NCBI RefSeq assembly: GCF_963921235.1
Contig: NC_086108.1
Location: 40,798,001-40,862,000, forward strand
Source: Mobula hypostoma
Taxonomy: Eukaryota
Reading direction: 5' to 3'
Length of the DNA stretch: 64,000 nucleotides
Below the pieces are notes generated by a model, which did not search any database, was not told the origin of the DNA, and saw only the letters and a list, made by a program, of their open reading frames with translations. Position numbers and translations under genes: made by a program. How positions within the stretch are numbered: the stretch's first letter is position 1; every line of letters begins with the position of its first letter. Shown piece by piece: positions 35,366 through 48,369 of the stretch.

Positions 35366-36844
35366 AGGCGATAAGTGGAAAAGGCAAAGGGTTGGATAAG
35401 AAGGAATCTGATAGGAGAGGAAAGTGGATCATGGGAGAAAGGGAAAAGGAGAGGTTTTAAAGGGAGGTAACAGGCAGGTGAGGAGAAGAGGTGAGAGGGC
35501 AGAGTGGGAAAATAAAGAATAAGGAAAGGGGAAGGGAAAAAATACCGAAAGTTGGAGAAATTGATGTTCATATTATCAGGTTGGAGGCTATTCAGATGGA
35601 ATATGAGGTGTTGCTCCTTCAACCTGAGACTGACCTCATCATGGCAGAAGAGGAGGCCGTGGACTGACAGGCCAGAACAGGAAGGGGAATCAAATTAAAA
35701 TGTTTGGCCAATGGCTGATGGAGTGGAGGTGCTGGATGAATTTTGCAGATGGAGATTAGGTATTCAACAAAGCAACAGGGATAGGGAATCTCATCAATTC
35801 CCATTGCTGGCTTGACTGACTAAACCCACTGCTTTTCACAGCTATCTACCCATCCTGTCTCCTGTAAAAATGCCATTCCCTTTTCTCATCTCCCTTTTCT
35901 CATCTCCCTTTTGTCTTTTCTCTGTTTTAGTGGAATAGACCTATCTGGAATCCTGTGCAAATGGTCCCTAAGCAACCTCCACATTTCTTCTGAGCATTTT
36001 CCTGAGAACATCTATTACTAATTTACACTCCCAAGTTCTTGCCTAATGCCATCATGAGTAGCCCTCCCCCAGTTAAACATTTTCCCACAAGATCCACTCC
36101 TATCCTTGTCCATGTCAACGCTAAAGATCAGGTAGTTGTGATCGTTATCTCTAAAATCCTCGTCATCAATATGTCTGTCACCTGACCAGGTTCATTGTCT
36201 TTTAATAGATCTAGTATGACCTCTCCTCTGGTCAACTTGTCCGCAGGCTGTATCAGGAATCCTTCTTGATCACACCTATCACATTCTACCCCATCTAATC
36301 CTTTTACAGAAAAGGAGGTTTCAATCAATGTAAGGGAAGCTGAAATCACTCATGAGAATAACCCAGTTATTTTTATCTACTTATCTGCTTCCCAGTGTCC
36401 TGGTGGCTACTAGGGAACCAATAGAATGCTCCCAACAGAGTGATTGCTGGCTTCCTGTTTCTGACTTCCACCCATACTGACGCAGTACATGCTGCTTGTG
36501 TCTCTGCCATAAGTTTATACCTTGTGAACTGGGCTTCATTAGAAGTTTAGGAATCTACCAAGCACACAACCTTAAAAGCTACCTGGATATAACCCTAAAT
36601 CTGCTTGTCACATTTTCACTTGGCTTCATCAGGTGATCAAGAGAAAAGAGAATTTCAATCTATAATCTGTACTTTCACGTTGATAATTGTAACAAATCCA
36701 AATGGGGAGAATCGAATATCTGAAGAGAGAAGTTACTGGAAATTTGCACACATTGCAAATTTTAAATTAATCTATTGTTAATTTTCAATTCAGATTCTTG
36801 CTAGGAAATCTGTCAGGATTATTAAACATACCGGACTTATTAAA

Positions 36845-37070
36845 TTCAAAGACACACAGTGGGATTTAAGTAGATAACCTCTGGGTTGCTGGTTGAGCTC
36901 TTCTCAAGTTCACATTCAAGTTCAGACCTCGGTGGTGGCAGGGTATACATTCGTCTCCCAGCCTGAGGGAAGAAGCTGCCACCCAGTCTGGCAGTCTGAG
37001 ATCCTGATGCTCTTGTACCTCCTTTCTGACAGTAATGGGTCAAAAAGATTGTGGGGTTGTGCGATTGCGG
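36845..37070 (-). mobile_element. Rex1-like LINE 3' fragment
   Basis: Remnant TARLGGSFFPQAGR and an acttgaa-type tail. Confidence 0.5.
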
Positions 37071-38899
37071 GAAGAGATTTTGAGAGAAACCGTGGCAGGT
37101 GAGCTTTTTGTCACCTAACAATATGTTTATAGTGGATGCAAGAATCAGCATCGCAACACATACTGTGTGCATGTTAGGCAGTGGTATGTTCTCCCACTAT
37201 TTAATGATGGGAGCAGATGCCAATTATCTTTGTGTTGCTGCCCTGGCTGAGGCTCCAAATCAAACCTGGAACCTTCCCGATGTGTGAGCAGCAAATGCAG
37301 TTTAATGGGCTGATCTTTCCTCTCGGGGCTTCACCAGGTGTCAGGGAGTTACAGAAGCTGCACTGAGTTGCCCGAGGAAGAATCTGCCTGAGTTTCCTGG
37401 CTCGAGGCAGTGACAAGGTCCAGGTGCAGAGCTGGCATAGCCTTGGCCCTGGCAGACCCTTCCATTCAGGAAGGTGCTAGGACTGGGTAGAGGGGCAGGA
37501 TGGGGATGTGTCTGTGAGGGAGCAGTAGATCAATGGAGCGTGAAGAAGGGCTTGAAACAGGTGTACATCTACAGTCACAGAAACAGACAGCTGTGTTCTG
37601 ACCTCAAGTGTGGGGGCTTTTTGGCTGTTGCTGGAGCAATGGGAATCCTAACAATTAGCATCCATAAATTGCTCGTCTGAATGACGTTGTGTTAATGTTA
37701 GGGCAACAAGCTAAAAGAAACATGCAGTTATTTATAATTTTAAGCTTTTTGCATATTTTTACACAACTCAAAACTCATCCTCATGTGTCTCTCCTTTCCA
37801 CAGCACACTTCCTTTATTTCCTGATTAAGGTTCAATTACACAGGATTTGTTCCCACGTGATCAGCTTAATATTGATGTCTTCATGATTCCAATGAGGTTA
37901 TGCACTGATAAAGAGAAATAAGATCTTAATCAAAACACTCCATTTCTTTTTTGTGGTAAGACAGTTTTTTTCACTACTCACTACATATGCTCCCTTGCCT
38001 GAAGGAATAAATTGTGTTGTGCAAATAACAAAGGAAAAACTGTATTGCAAGGTGGTTTGCAAGATCAAAGGAGTCGTCAACTGAAGCAATTTTGAAAATC
38101 TCCTTCGGAAATCTGAGAATTATGCAGAGCATGCAGTTAGTGTAAAAGCTCAATGTAGACGGTGAGAGCTAAATCCTGGCAGACATTAGGTAGCGTCAGG
38201 AACAAAAAGATTTAGAAGGAAGGAAAGGAATACCCTATATTAAAGCAATCATCTGCCCCCAACCTTCACTTTGATCCCTGTACACCTTAACTTGGTTTGT
38301 CATTTTCCAACTCCTGTCAAGCACTCTGTTAACTATTTTTTAAATATAAACTGTATTTCACAATCCTCTCATTTTACTAAATAGAATGAGCTCAGAAAAT
38401 GCATTTTTCATGTATTTATCTACATATCACAGAAGCACCCATAGCTGCTTCAAATTTTCAGGTTAAACGGATAACGAAAAGCAGGGAAAGCCACACAGAC
38501 TTGGAATGCGTCAATGTTTGATACTTTATACTGCATAAAGGAAAGGAAAATATCTGGCAAGCAGGTTTATTCTTAAATGAATATTGCATGTCTGAAGTGC
38601 ATATCTCAGGATTTATTCAAGCAAAATGTTTAGATTTTGAGACAGTACTATTTGACATTCTGTAAAATAATGGGCAATCAGTGTGCACTATAAGGTGCCT
38701 GTTGTTGATATGAAAATTAATGAAACATTGCCTTAAGGTTTCGGGGGTGGGAGGCAGGAGGGAGGAGGAGGAGGGGGGGAATGAGTGAGCACCATACTAA
38801 TGTGCTATAATGCCTTAAAGCAAAGGCTGAGTGCATCATTGCACAATGAGGTCAGTCTACTGACCCTTTCAGCACTGAATGTCATTTGCAGCTTTTGGA

Positions 38900-39045
38900 A
38901 TAGAAGCACATGCGCACCACACATTCGCACACATACATGCATACATGCACATTGTGTTTTACACACACACACACACACACACAGATACACACGCAAATGC
39001 ACATGCAACTACAGTGATATGCACACACTCATACTTGCACACGTC
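38900..39045. repeat. (AC)n microsatellite within a degenerate CA-rich tract
   Basis: Pure (AC)n at 38961-38983 with a cacat/tgcac-rich halo. Confidence 0.9.
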
Positions 39046-39510
39046 TATTGACGAAGAAAGACAGAGCACCAATACAACTTTCTGTGCTGAATATTTTAGT
39101 AAATAGATTATAGGGAATCACAAAGCTTTAGTAAAATAATGGGGAAATCAAACAATTCTCGTGATACTTCCTTTGGCTTTGGTGCAGATCCTGCTGTGTC
39201 ACTGTCAAGTGAAGAGTGGAGTTAGATTTTGACAGTGAAAGTGATAGTAAAGATTTCATCAGAAATAAAAGGTGGAATATGCATTAAAATCAGCGATCTT
39301 TAGAAAATTACAATAAAATCCTAATCATCTCTTAGAGATTTTGATCTAGATTGGATAAGCTGATGTCTGTTATTAAACTTTATGTAGTTGAGAAAGTTAG
39401 TGCAGATTTTTAACAAGTTCAAGTTGCATTTCTTACTCAATATTTCTTCAGAAATATTTCTCTATTCACTTCTGATTTGCTTTAATACATTAATATATAT
39501 TTTAATATAA

Positions 39511-40211
39511 GGGAGGAGAAGATGGCGGCGCGACGCAGCTCGCAGCGGCCACTCCGGTGGTGATGTCTGTTACTTGTCAAGTAGGGTGCCGTGCACAATC
39601 CTGATTTGATGGAGACGGATGTGAAAGTACGGAGGAACATCTGGTGAAACTTCTGAAATGCCTGCTTTGTTGCTGCTGCTACTGTGTGGTCCAGAATCTC
39701 CGGAGGAGAAGGCCCCGAGTCCTCGACTTTGCTTGTTGCTCGGCGGCCAGAGTGGGGTCGAAGCTCTCGGCAGAGGATGGTGCTCGGAGAGGCTGTGTCA
39801 GAGGGGCTGGTCGGAGGCTCGAAGTTTTCGGACGGACTCAGAGTCGGCTGCGGTCGGGTGCTTTCAATGGTGCTGCATTGGCAAGTTTGCAGCACTTGGA
39901 GGTTCATGGCAGGGAGAGTTTCTCCCTTCTGCCGCCTGCGTGAGATGATGAGGCTATTGGGACTGAGACTTTATTTTACCGTGCCCATGGTCTGCTCTTT
40001 ATCAAATTATGGTATTACTTTGCACTGTTGTAACTATATGTTATAATTATGTGGTTTTGTCCGTTTTAGTCTTGGTTTGTCCTGTGTTTTCTTGTGATAT
40101 CATTCTGGGGGAAAGTTGTATCATTTTTTAATGCATGCATTTCTAAATGACAGTAAACGAGGCCTGAGTGTCCTCACAATCTAATCTAATCTAGTCTAAT
40201 CTAATCTAATA
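39511..40211 (+). mobile_element. Non-autonomous ~700-bp retroposon, copy 2
   Basis: Starts GGGAGGAGAAGATGGCGGCG, CpG-rich body, ends in a stem-loop plus (TAATC)n at 40177-40211. Confidence 0.85.
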
Positions 40212-40269
40212 TTTACATATCCCTCAGATGACAAGCAGAAATAATCATTATTGCTCTCTTTTCTTCTCT

Positions 40270-41370
40270 TCGGTCTAAATGCACCACTGTGCAATGGGTG
40301 TTGGACTTGCTCACCAAAAGACCTCAGATAATGATGATGCACAACTGCTCCTCTCCCTCACCCCCATCATTCTCAATATGGGTGCCCCCAGGGCCGTGTG
40401 CTGTACACTCTGCTCACATGCGACTGCATGGCCAAACGCCTGAAACATTATCAAGTTCACCACTTACACGAAAGTGGTAGGGCTCATCACCAGCAAAGAT
40501 GAGGCGGCTGACAGAGAGGATGTGGAAGAGCTCAAGGCCTAATGCCGGGTAAATAACCTCTTTTCAATGTCAAGAGGACTATGGAGATGAGTATTGACCT
40601 CAGGAGAATTCGCACCCCTCACACCCCTCTTTTACATCAGCAGCACAACAGCGCAAACAAGCAGTTTCAAACTCCTGGGAGTGCACATCACGCACAGCCT
40701 CTTGTGGTACCAGAACACATCCTACACAATCAGGAATCCTCTCCTTTCTGAGAAGGCTGAAGAGAGCTGGACTATGCACATCTATACTCATGTCACTCTA
40801 CAAATTTGAGGTAGAGAACATCCTAGCAAGCTACATCACTGCATGGCACAGAAACTACGCTGTGGCTCTCAGGAGGGCACTACAATGGGTAGTTAACACT
40901 GCCCAAAGCATCACCGTCACCAACCTACCTGCCATCAAGGACATATATACGGAAAGATGTCAGTAAAGGGCCAGTAACACCATGAAGGATCCCAGCCACC
41001 CTGCCCATGGACTGTTTGACCCATTTCCATCAGGGAGGAGGCTATGTAGCATCCACACTAGGACAACTTAAAAACAGTTACTTTCTCTAAGCAGTAAGAT
41101 TGATTAACACCTCCATCTATTAGCCCGTCTCTCTGTACCCCTGACCACTACTACTTTATCATTTCTTGCCACCTTATGTATAGACACTCCTGTGCCCAAG
41201 CATCACTTTATGGACATACAGTCAAGCTTTATATATAAGCTATCCTATGTATTTATATTTATTCTGTTTTTATTATTGGGTTCATTACCTTAAAGCTCTT
41301 TTTTGCGATGCATTGGATCTGGACGAGTGTACTGGAAATAACATTAAACAATCTTCAATCTTGAATCTTT
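40270..41370 (+). mobile_element. Rex1/Babar-like LINE, 5'-truncated
   Basis: LCNGCWTC/WVLDLLTKRPQ, SSFKLLGVHI, FLRRLKR, PFPSGRRL, KNSYF; (AATCTTG) tail. Confidence 0.8.
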
Positions 41371-41899
41371 GGCTCTTCTCCCTGCGCTTGTTCTTTTCTT
41401 CAGGTTGACCTCTTTATGGGATCCTTCGGAGGCCACTGCCACAGGAGGTAGTACTCTATGGACTCCGTGTTGTGATGATGCTCTTGATTGATGAAGTGTA
41501 ATGAAGGGGGAGGGAGGGAAGGAGGGAGATGTTGAGGAGAAAGGGAAGGAAGGGAAAGGGAAGGGATAAAGAGAAAGAAAGACCACTGCAGGAACCAAGA
41601 GACAAGAGATCCTCCCAAGACATAACAAAATGGCAGTCAGAGATAGGGCAAAATAGTTGAGTGTTAGGAATGCAGCCTAGACATGTGGATACTGATGTGA
41701 ACAATCTAACAGGTCTAGACATAATCAAAGGCAAAATCCTGCTGATTGAGCCTCTTGTCATAGAGACTGCTTAATGCAGCAGACCCCCATCGTTCCACAG
41801 TCTCACTACACATACATTCTCTCCTTGTTGCGAAGGGGAGAAAGTGCAGCCATATATGCTCCCTGTTAGTTAGCTGCTAGCTCTCCAAAACCTGGATCA

Positions 41900-42215
41900 G
41901 ATTAGGTTAGGTTAGCTTAATTTGTCACATGCACATTGAAACAGACAGTGAAATGCCTCATTTGCATCAATGGCCAACACACTCTGAGGACGTGTTGGGG
42001 GCAGCCCACAAGTGTCACCACGCCTCTGGTGCCAACACGGTATGCCCACAACTTACGAACCCTAACCCGTACATCTTTGGGACATGAGAAGAATCCAGAG
42101 CCCCAGAGGAAACCCACGTGGCCACGGGGAGAACATCCAAACTCCTTATAGACAGTGGTGCAACTGAGCGTGGATTTCTGATCCCTGTTGTGCTAACTGT
42201 TACAATGCCGCTCCT
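41900..42215 (-). mobile_element. tRNA SINE with a V/HE1-like central domain
   Basis: gaggaaacccacgtggccacggggagaacatccaaactcc; (GGTTA)n tail at about 41900-41915. Confidence 0.75.
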
Positions 42216-43367
42216 ATCCTGCAGGAGAAAGCAAATGTGCCACACAATAGGTTGGGGTGATGTGTCCAAAATGGTTGAACAGCTGACAGTGTAGTACAGG
42301 CATATACACCCATAATTGCATACACGCACAAGCATACAGACAGCCATTAACATACATGCTCTAACACATGCTCCAGAACTGGTGGTGTGAAGGAAACTAT
42401 TGCTCCTTGAGGTTTCAATTTAAAAGGAAACTGTTCTTTGTAGAAGCTATTGCACGACGATGTCCTTTTGTGAGGACATATGCATAAGTTGTTCATATAA
42501 TTAAATTGTAGAAGGAAACTGATATTGATTTCGAATTCTGGGACATTTTGGCCAAGTACAGACAATGTGGGGGTGGGAAAGAAGGAATGTTTGAGGTTTG
42601 GATGCAAGTTTGTTGAATTTTGATTGGCTCAGCATAAAACAAACTGAAGTTTGAACTTCATCAATCATCAGTTTTCGTCTTACTGTTGCTTTCAATGTAA
42701 CTATTACAGATAGACATGAAAAAATTTTAGCCTTTCTTTTGCCTACATAATCAACATGAAACAATATAAAACAGTTACAGAGGTACTGTTAGGAATATTG
42801 AATTATAATGTATAGGATTATATAAATCTGAAATAAACACCATATTTCTCAATGCTAGAAAAAGAAACAACTCAGAGGAAAGTTTACACATCACTTGAGG
42901 TTATGTTCCATTTTTGTGGGCCCAGCAGTCTACATCTGCTCTGAGACTTCAAATCTCTCCTGTGAGTGATAAATTACTCTCTGACAATTGGTAGTTTCAA
43001 GGCTTGAGGCTGGGAAATTGGAAAGTAATCCATCAACAGAGAGGAGCCTGAGATGGAGCAACATCTAAGAACAATTCTGTCTTGCAATGAGGCACATCTC
43101 AACTTGTCGCAGAATGTTTCTTGATGATCTTTGAGGAGGTTCAGAGATATTCCCTCAACTTCTGTCAATGGTGGAAACTCAGCATTAGTGGCAGAAACAT
43201 CTGGGATGACTGAAATTGTGAAGTCAGGTGATGATGGAAGGATAATATTTCTCCTCATAAAAGCTAACAATTCCCTCCCTTCAGTCCACTCTAAAAATAA
43301 ATACCATCCTTTACCTTTGAGAACTTGGGCCACCATTTTACTCTGAACCAGTGGAATGGTCCTATTT

Positions 43368-43870
43368 CATAAGATCATAGATATAGCACCAGAATTAGGC
43401 CATTTGGCCCATCAAGTCTGCTCTGCTATTTCATCATGGCTGATCCATTTCCCTTTCAGCCCCAGTCTCCTGCCTTCTCCTCATGCCCTGACTAATCCTG
43501 ACTAATCAAGAACCTATAAAACCTCTGCCTTAAATTCCATAGATTTACCATTGTCTGGTGAAAGAAATTCCTCCCTATCTGTATTCTAGATGGGCATTCC
43601 TCTATTATAGGCCGTGACTTCTAATCTTAGACTCCCTCACCATAGAAAACATCCTCTCCACATCTAGGCTTTGGAGGCCTTTCAACATTCAATAGGATTC
43701 AATGGGATATCCCATCATTCTTCTAAATTCCAGTGAGCACAGGCTCAGAGCCTTCAGATGCTCCTCATATGATAAGCCTTTCAATCACAGAATCATTTTT
43801 GTGTACCTCCTTTGAACCCTCTCCAATGTCAGCACATCCTTTCTTCGATACGAGGCCCAACATTACTATT
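43368..43870 (-). mobile_element. CR1 3' fragment
   Basis: cataagatcatagatatag tail; homologous to 25950-26350. Confidence 0.85.
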
Positions 43871-43971
43871 CCCGTGATGCTGTTGTTGAGGTGCTCTTTT
43901 TGGACTGTCATCTTCATACGTAATTTTCCACAGAGGATGCTGGATGTTCCTGACTAGGGAACACTATTATG

Positions 43972-44262
43972 TGCGTCATAATAGCGTAGCAGTTTACGCA
44001 ATGTTATTACACCTTAGGGTGTTCCAGAGTTCAGGGTGCAATTTCAGTGCCATTCTGTAAGGAGTCTCTGTATGTTCTCCCCGTGGACTATGAAGGTTTT
44101 CTCCAGGTCCTCTCACAGTCCAAAGACATACTGGGTAGGTTACTTGGTCAGTATAAATTTTCCCATGATTAGGTCACAGTTAATCGGAGGTGTGGGGTTG
44201 CTGGGGCAGTATGACTTGAATGGCCGGAAAGGCCTACTCCACACTGTATCGTTAAATAAAAT
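43972..44262 (+). mobile_element. HE1-like SINE
   Basis: tRNA-like head, tgttctccccgtgg..acagtccaaagac core, ggccggaaaggcc tail with aaataaa. Confidence 0.75.
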
Positions 44263-44799
44263 TACAAAACCTTGAGTATTGCTCAGGAGTCTCCACTCTA
44301 AACGAGGCAGTCAAGAAGAAATTGGAGCATTGTTACAAAAGTTACATATATTTTTCTCTGTGTCATCCTTGAGCCCATTCTATTCATTAAGTTTATCAGT
44401 ATTATAGATGTGTGTAAAAGGCTGTTTGCTTGCCAAATATTTGGAGGTCAGAGCCTATGTAGCTAATCTCCACATAATAGATGTGATACCTCCAACAGGG
44501 AGATACAGTTAGATCTCCCTGCCTTGTGTTGCACCACATGATCAACGTGACTTCATTTCAATATCAATGGCCATATATTGTGGCCGGGGCTTGATCCCTA
44601 CAGAGCCCTGCATGTCCTTATACCCAGAGTTAGGACCCTACCATGCCTAGCTGCTGACAGTCCCAGTGTAAACCCTTTGCATTTTAACACACTGCAGAAG
44701 TTGAATATTTTCAAAAGTTAATTTGCCTTACAAGCAACAATCAACTTAGTTTGTGTTTGACCTCAGCCAGAGGGAAACAACACCCTCTGCCAAAAACTG

Positions 44800-46830
44800 G
44801 AATTTTTAACTCCAAAAATAAACTTTATTCATAATAAAAATATGTAGATCCAAAAGAAGAAACAGTGCAAAAGCCTTTTACATTTATGGTCATTACATTC
44901 AGTGGTGTATTTTTTAAAGAAACAAGAAAAATAAAACAAACAAACATAATAGCAGGTCACTCAAGTGATCCCCTGGGGTGATACGCCCTTTTTAACTTTT
45001 CAAGTGGCATCCCCACCCAACTCTGCCTCTCCATGTGCAGAGGTCGAGGAGTGTGTGGTGTGGTCCTCCCCCTCACTTAAGCTGCACTGACTTCAGTTTG
45101 TCCCTCAGCATGCCCTCCTGCAGCCTGGAATGTACCAGTTGGTCGAATTCCCTCACAGACATCTTGCTGTGCTGGAAGACGAATACATTTCAGGCAGACC
45201 AAAGGGCAATTTTTCACAGTATTGATGACCTTAAGAACATAAGAACATAAGAAATAGGAGCAGGAGTAGGTCATCTGGCCCATCGAGCTTACTCTACCAT
45301 TCAATAAGATCATGGCTGATCTGGCCATGGACTCATCGCCACCTACCTGCCTTTTCCCCATAACCCTTAATTCCCCTACTATGCAAAAATCTATCCGAAC
45401 TTATCTTAAATATATTTACTGAGGTAGTCTCCACTGCATCACTGGGCAGAGAAGTCCACAGATTCACCACCCTCTGGGAAAAGCAGTTCCTCCTCATCTC
45501 CATCGCAAATCCACTCTCCAAATCTTAAGGCCATGTCCCCTAAGTTCTAGACCTTCCAACAGCATTTTATGTCTGTCTTGGTAAGTGTCTCCAGGAAAAG
45601 CCCATGGAACACAATATCCTCTGCTATGTAGCTGCAGGGAACTACCAGAACATGGATACTTGCATCCGTCTCCTCATTCTCTTGGCACATCCACAGTCTG
45701 CAAAGCAGTGGATAACCATCCTGAGGGCAGCGTCCTTGGGGGGGGGGTGGGTGATATAATGACTAACCACGAGTGATCTGATTGTAAACTGCCCTCTCAC
45801 TGCCAGCCAAGCAAAATCTTGGTGCTTGTTGGTGAGATATGGCGATTAGGTGTTCTGCCAGCAGCTCAGGAAAATTGTGCTCATAGAGCTCCTGTCCCCC
45901 AGCATCTACAGGAATTTCAACTCAGACCACTGTCTGAGGGACTTGTGGTCAATGTGTTTACTTGGAAATATTCTTCCACAGAGAACAAGTGGTGTAGCAA
46001 GATGGACAGGTGGACTAGGACATTGCACGGTAATGGGGTCGGGTCTACTTTCTGCAACACCAAGGACAGATAGAACCTTAGCATGTAAGTGACACTTGGT
46101 GTCCACATACTTTGGATCCACGCACAGTATGATACGGCCATGCACAAAGGTGGTCATCAGGATGAGGGCAACTTTGGGTATACCTTTGCCCCCTTTGTTC
46201 ATTTTGACCTATCGGGTACATCCCAACATGGACCCCCAGATCAATTGGAAGATGTCTTGTGTGATTACTGAGGCACAGGAGCAAGTATCACGCCATACCT
46301 GTGCCAAGTACTGCAGCACTGAGAGCACATCACACTTGATAACCAAGTTCTTCCCAGTTGTCGACAGAGAGCACTCCATGTCTGTCTTACCTCCCAATCG
46401 CCTCCAGCCAACTCTTGTTACATGTCTCGGCCCCTTCAAACCAAACCCCCAGCACCTTTAGGTAGTCAGACCCAACTGCGAAGGGGACATTGGACCGAAT
46501 GGGCCAGTTACCGAAGAACATGGCCTTGACTTTCCTGCAGTTGACTCTGTCCCCCATGTCAACGTAAACTGGTCACAAATGATGATCAATCTCTAAGCTG
46601 ACTCTGGATCAAAGCAGAAGTCAGAAACATCATCCATGTTCAGGTTTTGACTTGTGAACCTTCACTGTCTGCCAGCTTCTCCTTGCTTATGCTCCTGTCC
46701 TTTCTTAGACATTCAGCAAAGGTTTCCGTGAAGCACACAAACGAGGCTGGGGAGAGAGGCCAAGCATGCCTGACAGCAGACTTGATGGAGAAGCTGTCTG
46801 TTAGGTTTTCCTGTAGAGAACAACTGCAGT
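44800..46830 (-). mobile_element. Tx1-like (L1 group) LINE, decayed, interrupted by a CR1 tail
   Basis: IKSAVRHAWPLSP (decayed GVRQGCPLSP), MDDV, SLSTTGKNLVIKCDVLSVLQYLAQVW, LWSA..VFQ..MS; aataaa A-rich tail. Confidence 0.8.
45233..45552 (-). mobile_element. CR1 3' fragment nested in the Tx1-like LINE
   Basis: (AAGAACAT)n tail; EMRRNCFSQRVVNLW. Confidence 0.9.
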
Positions 46831-47729
46831 TTTGCAAACGTGCAGACTATTTCATGCTGGTGGGTGATGTATGTGGTGTCACACTAAAGTGTGTGTGGGC
46901 TTATCCACCCTAATCATCTCTGTCACATTACTAGTTTGAACATCAGTAAAGTGCTCTGGGACAAATTGCAACAGCCTTTGAAAGTAAAGTTAGGGGAGTA
47001 AACCTCTTTAATTACAATTTCCACAATGATGAAGACCTTGTGGGTTATATTACCGATGGCTCATTTGCCCCCAAATCATCATGGGAACTGTAGTTTATAG
47101 TCATTAAGTGGAATAAACTAATATGCAGATATGTAGGAGGTGGAATGTGTAAGTGGGGGTGGATCAAATGGAACGTAGGTGTTACACTATTATTTTACGA
47201 ATCTAACTGTCTGTTTCTATTGTTAACTACAGGTTATTGATGACAATTGCCCACAGATAGAACGTAACATTCTCCTACATAGACCAAGTTCTCCTAAATT
47301 TGAATCTGATTTGTAGCCAGTCTGACTAATCAACAGTAAGTAAGTCACACTGATTGTACAAACCTTTTTAATCAGTAGAAATAAATGCCACAACTTAACC
47401 ATTTCTTCATGAATGCACTGGTGTATAATTCAAAAAGACATAAAATGAAGTTTTTCATCACTGCATTGTATTAACATCCACTTTGCATGAGTAACAACAA
47501 ATCTATTTTAGAAAATCTGCGAACCTTGGAAATGTGTAAAAAGGGCAAGCACACAGCCTTTGTGCATACTGATCAGTCAATTTGAAATTGAGTATTATTG
47601 CTGTTTTTTCCACCTCCAGTATTTTCTTTATCTGTTGTATTCTAATCAATAGCATTACAAATTGAGGTTAGAGGCCCTGTTGATCATTAGACATCATAGT
47701 TTTCTTGGATGTGCCATTGAAAGGACTGG

Positions 47730-47992
47730 GAGCACGGAGCAGACCATTCTGGGCCCCAACGAGCTGCATCGCCTAACAACCCATTTATTTAACACTAGCC
47801 TAATCACAGGACAATTTACAATGACCAATTAACCTACTAACTTGTATGTCTTTGGACTGTGGGAGGAAACTGGATCATCATGAGGAAACCCACATGGTTC
47901 AGGAGAGAATATACAAATTCCAAACAGACGGTGCCAGAATGGAACTCTGAACTTCCACACCCCGAGTGCCGATTGCTATGCTACCATGGCAC
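47730..47992 (-). mobile_element. HE1-like SINE
   Basis: gtctttggactgtgggaggaaactgg..gaggaaacccac..gagaatatacaaa; homologous to 43972-44262. Confidence 0.8.
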
Positions 47993-48369
47993 TGTGCTCC
48001 ACAATTAGGATTTTTTACACAGAAAATAGACACTCCTGAAAGTGCCTTAGCGTTGCTTATCAGTAAATAAAGTATTTCAACATATTAAAGTGGATTATAA
48101 ATGCAACCTGAGGTTGTTTCTAGATCTCTATAAACATTGCGTTTAAATGGAACACCAGCTATTCTAATGTGTAACTGGAAATCACACAAACCAGACTTAT
48201 TTTCCCAGTGTTAAGTAGGAGGTAAGAAAAAACAAGGTCATTCAAGACTGCAGCTGTTTTAATGGTTAAAGGTAGAAAGTTCAGAGCCTGTAAACTGTTT
48301 TCTATTCAAGTCAAGTTTATTGTCATGTAGAGTACTGTGCAAAAATTATATATATATATCTATAACTAG

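Larger units (their letters stand above)
34463..35875 (-). mobile_element. Penelope-like element, interrupted at 34685-35365
   Basis: pLTR with hammerhead at 34525-34562; EQHLIFHLNSLQPDNMNINFSNFR; HPVSCKNAIPFS-like piece at 35840-35885. Confidence 0.85.
32020..36485 (-). mobile_element. Old CR1 LINE split into three pieces (32020-33500, 34015-34462, 35915-36485)
   Basis: LEYCVQF..GRLTRMLPG, FNKAFDKV, QGSVL and an APE remnant LTRGEVILDLL occur in collinear order. Confidence 0.85.

Noticed and set aside
42974..43336. 120-aa ORF in apparently unique sequence
   Set aside because: No recognisable domain and no convincing splice context; this length can occur by chance.
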